This document shows, piece by piece, positions 19,768 through 30,143 of a stretch of DNA of 64,000 nt; position 1 is the stretch's first letter, and each line of letters begins with the position of its first letter. Position numbers and translations under genes: made by a program. Below the pieces are notes generated by a model. The model made no database searches, was not told the DNA's origin, and saw nothing but the letters and a program-made list of their open reading frames with translations. The stretch comes from Nitrospirota bacterium (GTDB lineage: Bacteria; Nitrospirota; UBA9217), in the NCBI GenBank assembly GCA_963751455.1, contig CAVVUN010000001.1:256001-320000 (forward strand), read 5' to 3'.

Positions 19768-20496
19768 ATGATCAAACTCATCAACCTCACCAAGCGTTAC
19801 GGCAATCTCACGGCCGTGAACAACATCAACCTCGAAATCGGGCAGGGAGAAGTGTTTGGTTTCCTCGGGCCGAACGGCGCAGGCAAGACTACCACCATAA
19901 AAATGATGGCGGGCCTGCTGCAGCCCACCTCCGGGAATGCGCTGATCGGCGGCTATGATATTCAGAAGGATCCTCTTCGAGCGAAATTCATCACCGGGTT
20001 CATACCCGACCGGCCTTTTCTGTATGAGAAGCTGACCGCAATGGAATTTATGCAGTTCGTTTCGAAGCTGTATGACATGAACAGAGCCGAGAACCGCATC
20101 GCGGAACTGCTCGAGTTGTTCAGTTTATCGGAATGGGCAGATGAGCTGGTGGAAAATTTTTCTCACGGCATGAAGCAGCGTCTCGTGATGGCCTCGGCCC
20201 TGCTGCACCGTCCCCGGGTGCTCGTGGTGGACGAGCCCATGGTCGGTCTGGACCCGCGCGGCGCCCGGCTGGTAAAGGACATCTTCAAGGAAATTTCGTC
20301 TGCGGGAGTGACTGTTTTCATGTCCACCCATACGCTCGAAATCGTGGAGCAGATGTGTACGCGGGTGGCGATCATCAACAAGGGCGAAATTATTGCGGAA
20401 GGAAGCGTCGCGGACCTCGGCCGCATGGCGCGCATGCCTGACAGCCGTCTTGAGCCAATATTCCTGAAGCTGACCGGCGGAGATGAAGGGATATGA
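19768..20496 (+). CDS. ABC transporter ATP-binding protein
   Basis: GPNGAGKTT, FSHGMKQR, VVDEP. Confidence 0.95.
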   Translation: MIKLINLTKRYGNLTAVNNINLEIGQGEVFGFLGPNGAGKTTTIKMMAGLLQPTSGNALIGGYDIQKDPLRAKFITGFIPDRPFLYEKLTAMEFMQFVSKLYDMNRAENRIAELLELFSLSEWADELVENFSHGMKQRLVMASALLHRPRVLVVDEPMVGLDPRGARLVKDIFKEISSAGVTVFMSTHTLEIVEQMCTRVAIINKGEIIAEGSVADLGRMARMPDSRLEPIFLKLTGGDEGI

Positions 20497-20626
20497 ACAG
20501 AAATCACGAATTTAAAATAACAAGTTCGGTTCCAAAGTTGATGCAGTCAAAATCCACCGCCGAGACACGGAGACACAGAGATAAAAACGAGTCTCTTACG
20601 GTTCTCACAAGCTTTCCCATAACCCG

Positions 20627-20801
20627 CTGCATCCCGTGAACAGCGTTCGCGCTTTACATGACCGGAATGCGAGCCGGTAAACCACAAATCGTGCATGCGC
20701 GTGCGTAGCGCAGCGAAGCTCAGCGCTATGGATAGCTAAGTCGATTGGAAGAACATAAGATAATCTGGCATGTTTGCGCGGCGCTGTGAACGGCGGTGCA
20801 G
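20627..20801. ncRNA. Candidate structured non-coding element, copy 1
   Basis: Homologous to 56204-56368; long closing stem and internal hairpins; strand unknown. Confidence 0.45.
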
Positions 20802-20871
20802 AAAAAAAACAAGGATCTTGTACTTCCCTGAAGTGTTTGTCCGTTGTTCATTGGAGATGATCAAATAAAAG

Positions 20872-22560
20872 ATGTTTTTACTTCTCACTCCCCGATATCA
20901 CGCGATAAAAAACAAACTGCTCAGGCTCGCGCCGGGCGACGGTCTCAAGACGTTCGTGCTCGCCTGCCTCGGTCTCGCCTTCTGGGCCTTCCTGTTTATC
21001 ATTTCCTATCGGGTGCTTTCCTATTTCAGGACCATCGAAGGACTGGGAGACCTGCTCGCGCTCCGTCTGCTGTCCATGGTCCTCCTCACGTTCTTCTCGA
21101 TCCTGGTGTTCAGCAATATTGTAACGTCCCTTTCAACGTTCTATCTCTCGGGGGAGCTCCAGATCCTGCTATCAGCGCCGGTAAGGACGGAGAGGCTCTT
21201 CCGCGCCAAGTTCATCGAGACAATCGCGGATTCGTCCTGGATGACACTCATCTACGGTCTGCCGGTCTTCATCGCCTACGGCGCGGTATTCAAGGCCCCG
21301 CTTGCCTATTACGGGGGGCTCATCTTTACGATCATTCCGTTCCTGGCGATTCCGGCCGGCATCGGCATCATCTTCACCATGCTGCTGGTGAACGCCTTCC
21401 CCGCGCGAAGGGCAAAGGACTTGATCGTGCTCCTCGGCCTGCTGTTCTTCGTATCCCTGTATATTTTATTCCGGATGCTCCGCCCCGAAAAGCTTGTGGA
21501 CCCGGACGCGTTTCCCACGCTCGTCCAGTACCTTACAGCAATGCGCGGACCGGTATCGCCGCTTCTTCCCAACTACTGGGCTGCGGAAACCCTCTCCCCG
21601 CTTCTTCGGAACACGCTGGGCGAAGCCCCCTTCTACCTCCTGATGCTCTGGAGCACGGCAGCCGCGCTCTTCGTTATCAGCGAATGGGTGTGCGGGAAAA
21701 TCTATTACCCGGGTTGGTCCCGCTCGCAGGAGGGGAAAAAGGCCGCCATATCGCGCTCGCGCGCGGCGGACCTGTTCTTTTCGATGGTCGCACGTCCGTT
21801 TCGCGGCAAGATGCGTGCGATCGTGACGAAAGACGTGAAGCTCTTCTTTCGCGACACCTCGCAGTGGTCGCAGCTTTTTCTTCTGTTCGCGCTCATGGTC
21901 GTTTATATTTACAGCTTCAAGCTTCTTCCCCTGGAACGGGCGGCCATGCCCAGCTTCTTTCTGCAGAACCTGATCTCCTTCCTGAATCTCGGCATGGTGG
22001 GGTTCGTGACTTCGGCCCTGGCTGTGCGCTTCGTATTCCCTGCCGTGAGCCTGGAAGGCTCCTCCTTCTGGATTGTCCGTTCAGCACCCCTGACGATCAG
22101 GGATTTTCTATGGTCCAAGTTCTGGAGCAGCCTGCTGCCGCTCGTTATTCTTTCAGAAATCCTGCTGGTGCTTTCGAATACCCTGCTCAAAGTTACTCCC
22201 TTCATGATGGGAATCGGCATTGTTACCGTATTTCTCATGACTTTCGGCATAACGGCCCTCGGCATCGGACTGGGCGCAGCGTTTCCTAAGTTCAAGCATG
22301 AAAACGTCGCGCAGATTCCGTCCGGCTTCGGCGGAATAGTGTATATGCTGATGACAATGCTGTATATCGGCCTCGTGGTCTTGCTCGAAGCCTGGCCCGT
22401 GTACCGCATTTTTTCGGCCCAGACCTTCTCGGCACAGATATCAATCGCCGGGTGGATAATGATAACTTTTTCGTTTATTCTGGTTCTGATAATCAACATC
22501 CTCGCCGTGTTTTTACCGATGAAAATCGGCCTGAAACGGCTTATTCAGAGGGAAATTTAA
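20872..22560 (+). CDS. Putative ABC exporter permease (duplicated TM halves)
   Basis: Polytopic membrane protein after the ABC ATPase; LLSAPV...KF and SLEG...SAP...SKF repeats. Confidence 0.8.
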   Translation: MFLLLTPRYHAIKNKLLRLAPGDGLKTFVLACLGLAFWAFLFIISYRVLSYFRTIEGLGDLLALRLLSMVLLTFFSILVFSNIVTSLSTFYLSGELQILLSAPVRTERLFRAKFIETIADSSWMTLIYGLPVFIAYGAVFKAPLAYYGGLIFTIIPFLAIPAGIGIIFTMLLVNAFPARRAKDLIVLLGLLFFVSLYILFRMLRPEKLVDPDAFPTLVQYLTAMRGPVSPLLPNYWAAETLSPLLRNTLGEAPFYLLMLWSTAAALFVISEWVCGKIYYPGWSRSQEGKKAAISRSRAADLFFSMVARPFRGKMRAIVTKDVKLFFRDTSQWSQLFLLFALMVVYIYSFKLLPLERAAMPSFFLQNLISFLNLGMVGFVTSALAVRFVFPAVSLEGSSFWIVRSAPLTIRDFLWSKFWSSLLPLVILSEILLVLSNTLLKVTPFMMGIGIVTVFLMTFGITALGIGLGAAFPKFKHENVAQIPSGFGGIVYMLMTMLYIGLVVLLEAWPVYRIFSAQTFSAQISIAGWIMITFSFILVLIINILAVFLPMKIGLKRLIQREI

Positions 22561-22572
22561 GAAATGTTTAAA

Positions 22573-22656
22573 CCACTATATATTGTATGTGTGGATAAAA
22601 ATAATACCTTACCTTGTAATTTTTGCCTTTACAATACCCCCTTCTTATGATATAAA
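22573..22656 (+). promoter_or_regulatory. smc upstream region: NrdR-like boxes, DnaA box, sigma70 promoter
   Basis: CCACTATATATTGTAT (22573), TGTGGATAA (22590-22598), weaker box at 22604, TTTACA-17-TATAAA (22628-22656). Confidence 0.55.
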
Positions 22657-22861
22657 CGATCCCAGAATTCCGGGGATAACAAGACGGAAAATCGGCCCCA
22701 ATTAACTGTACGGGACGACGGACGTCCGCTCACCTCGGTTCGCTAGGACGTTGGACGCTAAAGACTTTTCATCCTTCGTCCTTCGTCCCTCATCTCCGGC
22801 TTTTTACGCGCCTTCTCACGCCCATCGCTTCATACGCGATCCGCATATTATAAGGAGACCT

Positions 22862-25800
22862 ATGCAGCTCAAAACCCTCGAAATGACCGGCTTCAAGTCC
22901 TTCTCTGACAAGACGATCGTCGCATTTCAACCCGGGATAACCGCAGTGGTAGGACCGAACGGATGCGGCAAGAGCAATATCTCGGACGCCATCCGCTGGG
23001 TGTTGGGCGAGCAGAGCGCAAAGCATCTGCGCGGCGAGAAGATGGAAGACGTGATTTTCAACGGGAGTGAAAACCGCAAGCCGCTCGGTCTGGCCGAGGT
23101 GGTTCTGAAGCTCTCGAACGCGGCCGGCGGCCTGCCGTCCGATTTCGGTCAATACAGCGAGATCGAAATCACCCGCCGCCTGTATCGCTCGGGCGAAAGC
23201 GAATATTTCATCAACAAGATCCCCTGCCGTCTGAAGGATATCCGCGACCTCATGATGGACGCGGGCGTAGGCGGCAAACTGCACGCGATCATCGAGCAGT
23301 CCAGGGTCGACCAGATTCTTTCTTCAAAGCCGCAGGACCGCCGTTTTCTCTTCGAGGAAGTTGCGGGCGTCATGAAATACAAGGCGCGCCGCCAGGAAGC
23401 GCTTTCCAAACTCGAGGCGACCCAGCAGAACCAGCTGCGGATAAACGACATCATCATCGAGGTAAAACGGCAGGTCAACTCCCTGGACCGGCAGGCAAAA
23501 AAAGCGGAGCGCTATCAGAAGCTGCGGGCCGAAATGAAGGATTCGGAGTTCCGGCTGGCCTCGGTTGAATATTCCAACCTGGGCATCGAATGGACCTCTT
23601 CGTCCGAAGAGTTCAGGAAGCTCGAAGACGAAGTTACCGGGCTCCACGCGGCGCTTGGCAGGATCGAGTCGGGGATCGAGGAAACCAGGGCGGCGGCCTT
23701 GTCTTCGGAGCGCGAGCTCGCGACGCTCCAGAACAAAATCCACGAAACCGAATCAGCGCTCAGCCGGGCCGAACACCGGGTGGAGATGTCCAAAAGCCAG
23801 ATCACATCCCTGACCGAACAGAGCGGCCGCGACAGCGCCGACATAGAATATCTCAAACAGGAAATGGTCCGAACGACGGATCAGAAAAAGCAGCACGAGG
23901 AGGAAGCGCGGTCTCTCGGCGAATCGATCGAGGAGAGAAACAGGGTACTCGTTCAAAAGGTGGAGGATATCGAGTCCGTTGCCCGTGCGCTCCAGGAAAA
24001 GGAACTGTCTCTTGAAGAGACCAGGAACGGGATCCTGAGCGCCATGAATCAATCGGCTGCTGAAAAGACCAGGGTATCGAACCTCAGGGCCAGGGTCTCT
24101 CAGATCGATGAGCAGGATGAGCGCGCATTGAAGGAAAAACTGGAACTGGAGCGGAAACTCGGGGAGCTTAAGGTCCTGCTCGCCGATAAAGAGCGCGAGC
24201 TTGAAGACATCGCGCGCCGCCGCGTCTCTGCCGAGGATGAACGGACACAGGTCTCGGCCAGGCTGGAACAGGCGACAGCAAACAGAAAAGGGCTCGAAAC
24301 AGGGCTCAATGAAAGCAGGAACAGACTTGCGGCACAGAGTTCGCGGCTCCGCTCCCTTCTCGAACTGGAACAGAGCCTCGAAGGTTATCAGAAAGGCGTG
24401 CGTACCGTGATGTCGGCCCGCAAGGAAGGCGCAGCCGAACAAAACCTCGGCACGATTCACGGAATCGTTGCCGATATGATCGAGACCGAACCCAGATACG
24501 AGGTGGCGATAGAGGCAGTGCTCGGAGACCGGCTCCAGTACGTTGTGGTCGATTCGCAGCACGATTCTCTCAAGGCCATCGATTATTTGAAGACTAGGAG
24601 CGGCGGTCGGAGCACCTTTGTTCCGAAAACGCCGCGGGAGGTCCGGTCAGAGCCGTTCATAAAGAACGGCCATGCAGGCGTGATCGGTCCGGCGCTCGGC
24701 GTTGTCAGATGCAAGGAGAACTACAGCACCGTCGCCCAATACCTGCTCGGCGACGTGGTGGTTGTCGATACCATGGACACCGCCCTTTATTTATGGAACA
24801 AGAACGGTTTTAACAAAACGGTTGTAACTCTTTCCGGCGAAATCGTGGATCCGTGGGGTGCGGTCACAGGGCGGAGCCGCAGACGCGGGCGGAGCCGGCA
24901 TGCTGACGAAACGCCGGGAGATCAAGGACCTTGAGCATGAAGTGTCCGTGATCACCGCTCAGGCGGCGAAGCTCGAAAGCGAACTTCGGACGGTCGAAAC
25001 GGCGATTGCTTCGGACACCAAAACCGAGGCGGAGCTGTCGCAGATAGTGCACCGCCTGGAGATCGAACACGTCAACGGGGAAAAAGATTGCACCGCGGTC
25101 AGCGAGGAGATCGGCCGCTCGACAGAGCGTTGCACCGTGTTGGAAGCCGAAGCCCGGGAACGGGAAACCATGCGGCATGCGCTGAACGCCGATATCCAAA
25201 AATCGGAGGTGGTTTTGAGGGACCTGGAGACGGGCCATTCGAATGCGCAGGCAAGCGCGGAAGCCCTTCAGGCTGAGCTTTCCCGTACGAAACAAACGCT
25301 TGAATCAGCGCGCGCCGAGATCATGGAACTCCGCATGCAGCTCGCAGGCCTGCAGGAAAAACAGGCCGCGTCAGCCAGGAGCATCGACGCTTTACTCAGG
25401 ACAGAGGCGGACCTCATGGACCGTATCGGGAAGCGCGAGGCGGGAATCGCCGGCGTTGCCTCGCGCCTCGCGGAGCTGCATGCGTCCATACAGGAAGCTG
25501 AAACCGAGATCAAAGGCCACATCACGACGCTTGAAGCAGACCGCACGGTCCTTGTTGCGCTGCAGGAAGCCCATTCCGTAAAAGCAGCTTCGCTCCAGGC
25601 GGCCGACGAACAGGCACGGCAGACGCGGCACGATATCGATGCCGGCCAGAAGCAGCTCTCCGCAAACGAAGTGAAGCGCACCGAGCTCAGGATGAAGATC
25701 GAGCATTTGAAGGACCGGATCTGGAGCGCATATCACAGCGACCTGGAAACCGTTGTTCAGGAGCTGGGAGTATTCGAGCTCAACCTCGAGGAATCGCGCC

Positions 25801-26444
25801 TCCGGCTGGACGAACTGCGCCAGAAGATCGACCAGCTCGGCCCGATCAACGTCGATGCGCTCCAGGAATACAACGAGCTGAGAGAGCGGTACGACCTGTT
25901 GAGCGCCCAGCAGAACGACATCAACGAATCCATCAACAACCTTAAAGCCACGATCGCAAAGCTTGACGGTGAAACCAAAGAGCTTTTCAGCGACGCCTTC
26001 AAGGCGATACAGGAAAAGTTCACCGAGGTCTTCTCTCTCCTGTTCGAGGGCGGCAGAGCCGAGCTTGTTCTGCTGGACGAGTCGAATATGCTGGAATCGG
26101 GGATCGAGATCATCGCGCAGCCGCGCGGCAAGAAGTTTCAGGCAATCTCGCTCCTGTCCGGCGGCGAAAGGGCGCTCACTGCCATCGCCCTGCTCTTCGC
26201 GGCATTCCTGGTCAAGCCGAGTCCGTTCTGCATGCTCGACGAGGTCGATGCGCCCCTCGATGAAGCCAATGTGACCCGCTTTACACGTCTTCTCCGGGAG
26301 ATGAGCAGCCGGTCGCAATTCATTACGATTACCCATAATAAACGGACAATGGAGATGGCCGACGCGCTCTATGGCATCACCATGGAAGAGCCCGGATGCT
26401 CCCGTGTGGTATCCGTCCAGCTGCGCGAAGCGGCCCTGGTATAA
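22862..26444 (+). CDS. smc: Chromosome segregation protein SMC (frameshift near 24870, likely sequencing error)
   Basis: GFKSF, GPNGCGKSN, hinge, LSGGERAL, LDEVDAPLD; removing one G in ACAGGGCGG joins the two ORFs. Confidence 0.93.
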
Positions 26445-26464
26445 GCCGGAAAACAATTTCGTTT

Positions 26465-26732
26465 TAACCACGGATTAACACGGGTTCGGCTTCGCCGAAC
26501 AACACGGATAAAGCAGGAAGCTTTTCCGTTTTAAAACCGAGAAAAAAGATTTTAACCTGTGTTTATCTGTGCCTTGCCCGAGGGACAACGCGTGGTCATA
26601 GCATATTTTGTAATGTAACTACAGATGAATACTGATAAATTCTAGTCTCTAATTATCGATTTTTATTAAAACCGTGTCTATCCGCCTGCGGCCAGCGCTT
26701 ATCGTGCGAAGCGCGAATGCAGGCTGTGGTTA
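26465..26732. repeat. Cluster of CACGGAT-family palindromic repeats
   Basis: aaccacggattaacacgg...acacggata...tgtgtttatctgtg...ccgtgtctatccg...tgtggttaaaa. Confidence 0.55.
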
Positions 26733-26774
26733 AAATAGTTTCTCGCTTTTTGCCACCCCTGCTTTTCTCTTTTC

Positions 26775-27800
26775 ATGGCGATTCCTGTGTGGTATTCTGT
26801 CCGCATGCTCACCGCTGTTAGAAGTACTCATTCATACAGGATTCTTCTCGCAGCCGTAATCGTTTTTGTTTTCCTTTATCTGTCCCCGTTCCCGGTCTCT
26901 GCCGCAGAAGCAGGAGATGACGCACAAGCAGGTAATCCAGCGCCCGCCGCAAGCGAACCCTTCAAAAGGTTCGAAGTGGAGTTCGAACCGGACGCTTACT
27001 ACACCTATATAGAATTCATCGTTTCCCTCACCAAAGATCCGATCCCCCACGTCGGCGAAAAAACAGAATCAGGAATATACCGGACGTTACTGTCGCGGGC
27101 GGCTCTTCTTCCGCGGTATGTGTTGTTCGAGGCGAGCATAAACCCTCTGCCCTACCTCGGCGCATACATCAAAAGAAACGAGCGCGGTTTTTACGATGAT
27201 GCCCAGATATCGGGAAGCTTCAACTGGGTGAAGGCCGTTACAGCGGGATTCGAGGAGCCCTATGCCGTTTCCCTCTTCGCCGGGAACGTTGTGGGCTTCG
27301 ATGTCCCGGGAAGCAAGGAGATAACCGGGAACGGCTACAGCGGATACCTCTACAGCGTGGGCAATTACCACATCAAGGACAACGTGCTGATTCATGACCG
27401 GTGGCAGGAAGTGGAATGGAAAATCAAGGGGGACCGGAAGTCCCCGGTGAAAAAGCTGAGCTGGAGTTTCCGGATCGGAGGCAAATTTCACGGGAATGTC
27501 GACATCACCGATATCTTTTACCTGTCCTTCAGGAGAAGCAGGCTCGATTACAAATCAGAGGGCTCTTCTCTCCTGAATAACAGCGGCTTTGAATACACCT
27601 ATGACATGGACAGGAAGGACCTGAGAGGAATGAGGCACTATTTCACGGTGGATAAAAAATGGCCTCTCGAGCAAAGGCGGATGGCACTCACCGTAGCGCT
27701 CGGTTTTGTGTGGGAATCGGCCAGGAAGTATACCGGGGAACTGGCAACCGCGACGGGCAGCAATTTTGAGTTCATCCTCCGGCCGAACATAGAGTTTTGA
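26775..27800 (+). CDS. Hypothetical exported protein, possibly outer-membrane beta-barrel
   Basis: Signal-like N-terminus, alternating beta-strand pattern, C-terminal Phe; start uncertain. Confidence 0.55.
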   Translation: MAIPVWYSVRMLTAVRSTHSYRILLAAVIVFVFLYLSPFPVSAAEAGDDAQAGNPAPAASEPFKRFEVEFEPDAYYTYIEFIVSLTKDPIPHVGEKTESGIYRTLLSRAALLPRYVLFEASINPLPYLGAYIKRNERGFYDDAQISGSFNWVKAVTAGFEEPYAVSLFAGNVVGFDVPGSKEITGNGYSGYLYSVGNYHIKDNVLIHDRWQEVEWKIKGDRKSPVKKLSWSFRIGGKFHGNVDITDIFYLSFRRSRLDYKSEGSSLLNNSGFEYTYDMDRKDLRGMRHYFTVDKKWPLEQRRMALTVALGFVWESARKYTGELATATGSNFEFILRPNIEF

Positions 27801-27837
27801 AATTGTTGTATGCGGGGGAATTTATACAACCGCTTTA

Positions 27838-27930
27838 AACTACTTGATGGATGATGGACGATCGCTTACAGGGTCGCTAGGATGATGGACGATTTTGCGT
27901 CCCTCGTCCCTGGTCTTTTCGTCCCTCACC
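27838..27930. repeat. Palindromic GGACGAN heptamer family (also 22710-22795, 29158-29250, 38975-39100)
   Basis: aactacttgatggatgatggacga...gctagga...ttttgcgtccctcgtccct nearly identical at 27838 and 38996. Confidence 0.75.
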
Positions 27931-27942
27931 TCTCTTGCCGGT

Positions 27943-29100
27943 TCAATGTTTTTCCCCATCAACAGCAAGGATGATCTGCTCCGGAGCGACCTCCTCCGGT
28001 GAAATTGTTTCCAGAAATAGGCCGGCCGCGTTAAAACCCGCAGATTCGACCTTGTCCAGAATTGCCGCTTCCTTCCCGGGAGTACAGACGAGGGCCATTA
28101 TCTGATTTCCCTGCTTCAGCACGGATATCCTGCCCGGAGGAAAATGCTGATTGTTGTCAGTAACGGCATCTTCCAGGCCGTTCAACTCATCCTGAATTTT
28201 TTTATCGATGCTGGTCCGTATGGTCAGCCCCCCGCGATAGAGCGCCTGGTCTCCGAGCGCCCCGAGCAGCATCCCCTCAAGCGCCTGCTGGCAGCAAGGC
28301 CTTCCTCCGGCGGATTTCAGCGCTGAGAAATCGAACTTGCCGGAATTCTGCTGCCTGAGATTGAAGGGTGAATTTATCGATGCACCGAATGTTTCCTCGT
28401 CAATCAATTTTCCCTGGAGCATGTTCTTCAGCACCCGTTCCTGGCGGCTCCTGGCCTTCTCGGGTCTTTTGTAAGGGTTATAATAACGCGGGTTGGGCAG
28501 CATGCCGGCAAGCAGTGCAGCCTCCGCGGCGTTCAATTCGAAGACATGTTTATCGAGATAAAAGCGGCTTGCCGCTTCTATTCCGTAGATATTGTCCCCC
28601 CACTCCACTTCATTCAAGTAGAGCTCCAGAATTTTGCGTTTGGAAATCACCTGCTCGGCCTTGCGGGCGAGGACGTATTCCCGAAGCTTGCGGCTGATCG
28701 TTTTTTCACGGGACAGCAGCACGTTCTTGATCATCTGCTGCGTGATCGTGCTCCCACCGCGCGCAAAACGACCTTTTTGAACATCGTGCATGAGCGCTTC
28801 CCAGGCAGCCTTGTAGTTGACGCCCTCGTGCTGAAAAAAAGTGTCATCCTCTGCGGTCAATACCGCCCTTACTATGATCTCGGGAATAGTGGACATGGGG
28901 ACCCATATCCTGAATTTTCGATCGTAATACTGTGTCAAAACACTGCCGTTGCGGTCGAGAACGTCCGAAGCGGATGCCGGGCGGTAGTGTTTCAGTCTTG
29001 TCACGTCGGGGAGATCTGAAAGAACACGAAGAGCCCAAGCAACTACAAGAAGCGCACTGAGGGCAAACACGGCTATCGCCGCTAATATGATCTTTTTCAT
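27943..29100 (-). CDS. Peptidoglycan transglycosylase (GT51) domain protein
   Basis: AEDDTFFQHEG, GGSTITQQ, RKLRE, YLNEVEWG, YGIEAAS; no full transpeptidase domain. Confidence 0.88.
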   Translation of the reverse strand: MKKIILAAIAVFALSALLVVAWALRVLSDLPDVTRLKHYRPASASDVLDRNGSVLTQYYDRKFRIWVPMSTIPEIIVRAVLTAEDDTFFQHEGVNYKAAWEALMHDVQKGRFARGGSTITQQMIKNVLLSREKTISRKLREYVLARKAEQVISKRKILELYLNEVEWGDNIYGIEAASRFYLDKHVFELNAAEAALLAGMLPNPRYYNPYKRPEKARSRQERVLKNMLQGKLIDEETFGASINSPFNLRQQNSGKFDFSALKSAGGRPCCQQALEGMLLGALGDQALYRGGLTIRTSIDKKIQDELNGLEDAVTDNNQHFPPGRISVLKQGNQIMALVCTPGKEAAILDKVESAGFNAAGLFLETISPEEVAPEQIILAVDGEKH

Positions 29101-29258
29101 AACAAAGGGTGCTTCTCTCCAGAGTAACGACAAGGGGAAAAGGCGGATGGTCTGGTTGAACTGCTCGATGGACGATAGACGACCGTTCGCTTCGCTCACT
29201 CGGACGATGGACGAAATGTCCCCTTCACTTCCCTACGTCCCTCGTCCGTTTACCCGCC

Positions 29259-29801
29259 TTACCGTGCCGGCGTAATCAGATCCTGCAGGGCCTTGACGGT
29301 TGCGGGCTGGGTCCAGTCCCTAGCCCCGATTACTTTATATTTCACCATCCCGTTACGGTCGATAATATAGGTCTCGGGAAATTTAAAAGTGCCGTAAAGC
29401 TTTGAAATGGACTTCCGCGGGTCGAGCAGCACGGGAAGAGTCAGCCCGTTTTTCGCCATGAATCCGGTTACGACATCGGCCCCCCCCTCATCCACGTTTA
29501 CGGTCAACAGCTGAAAATCCGGACCGGAAAGCGCCTTGTAAAGCTTTTCCAGCAAGGGCATCTCTTCGACACAGGGAGGGCACCACGTCGCCCAGAAATG
29601 TACCATAACGACCTTGCCCCGGTAATCAGAGAGGCTCACCTGACCGCCGTTTGCTCCGGCGAGACTGAATGAGGGCGCCTGGTCTCCTTCCTGTATGATT
29701 TTAGCGGTCTTTGGGCCGCCTTTTGCAAGTATAATCAGAACAAATATCACGACGCCGGCAATGATAACCGCCGCCATAATGCCTTTCTTAACCGGGCTCA
29801 T
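29259..29801 (-). CDS. TlpA/ResA-family thiol-disulfide oxidoreductase
   Basis: TM anchor, FWATWCPPC, FPETYIID. Confidence 0.9.
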   Translation of the reverse strand: MSPVKKGIMAAVIIAGVVIFVLIILAKGGPKTAKIIQEGDQAPSFSLAGANGGQVSLSDYRGKVVMVHFWATWCPPCVEEMPLLEKLYKALSGPDFQLLTVNVDEGGADVVTGFMAKNGLTLPVLLDPRKSISKLYGTFKFPETYIIDRNGMVKYKVIGARDWTQPATVKALQDLITPAR

Positions 29802-30143
29802 CGTCGCCCCTCCCGCTTTTTGGTTCATAACTTTCACCCTGAACGAGACTGGATTTTGGACTGCGCATGTTCTGCTCGGCGAACGGAACGGATTATACTC
29901 TGTTCTCCTGCCGAGGGCAAGCTGATTTCATAAGGCTGCAGCAGCAGAACCGCAAAGGAGGAACATACTGCTTTTTAGTTTTTAGTTTATAGTGACTTCT
30001 GCGCATTTGCGGCAAAAAACCTTTGCGGTTCGCGACTTTTGCCTGCGCCAGCCTGCACCCGGAGTTCACAGTGCGCTTTGCGCGTGTACAGGATACCTTT
30101 TTTGTTTGAAAATACAAGGCACTCTGATATAATGATCATTGCC

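Noticed and set aside
20627-20801. 6S RNA or attC identity for the repeated structured element
   Set aside because: Two dispersed copies with a multibranch interior, and no RYYYAAC/GTTRRRY boxes
24860-24880. Split smc as programmed frameshift or pseudogene
   Set aside because: One extra G in a short G run of a normally conserved gene; similar single-base indels occur in three other genes, pointing to sequencing or assembly error. Check reads.
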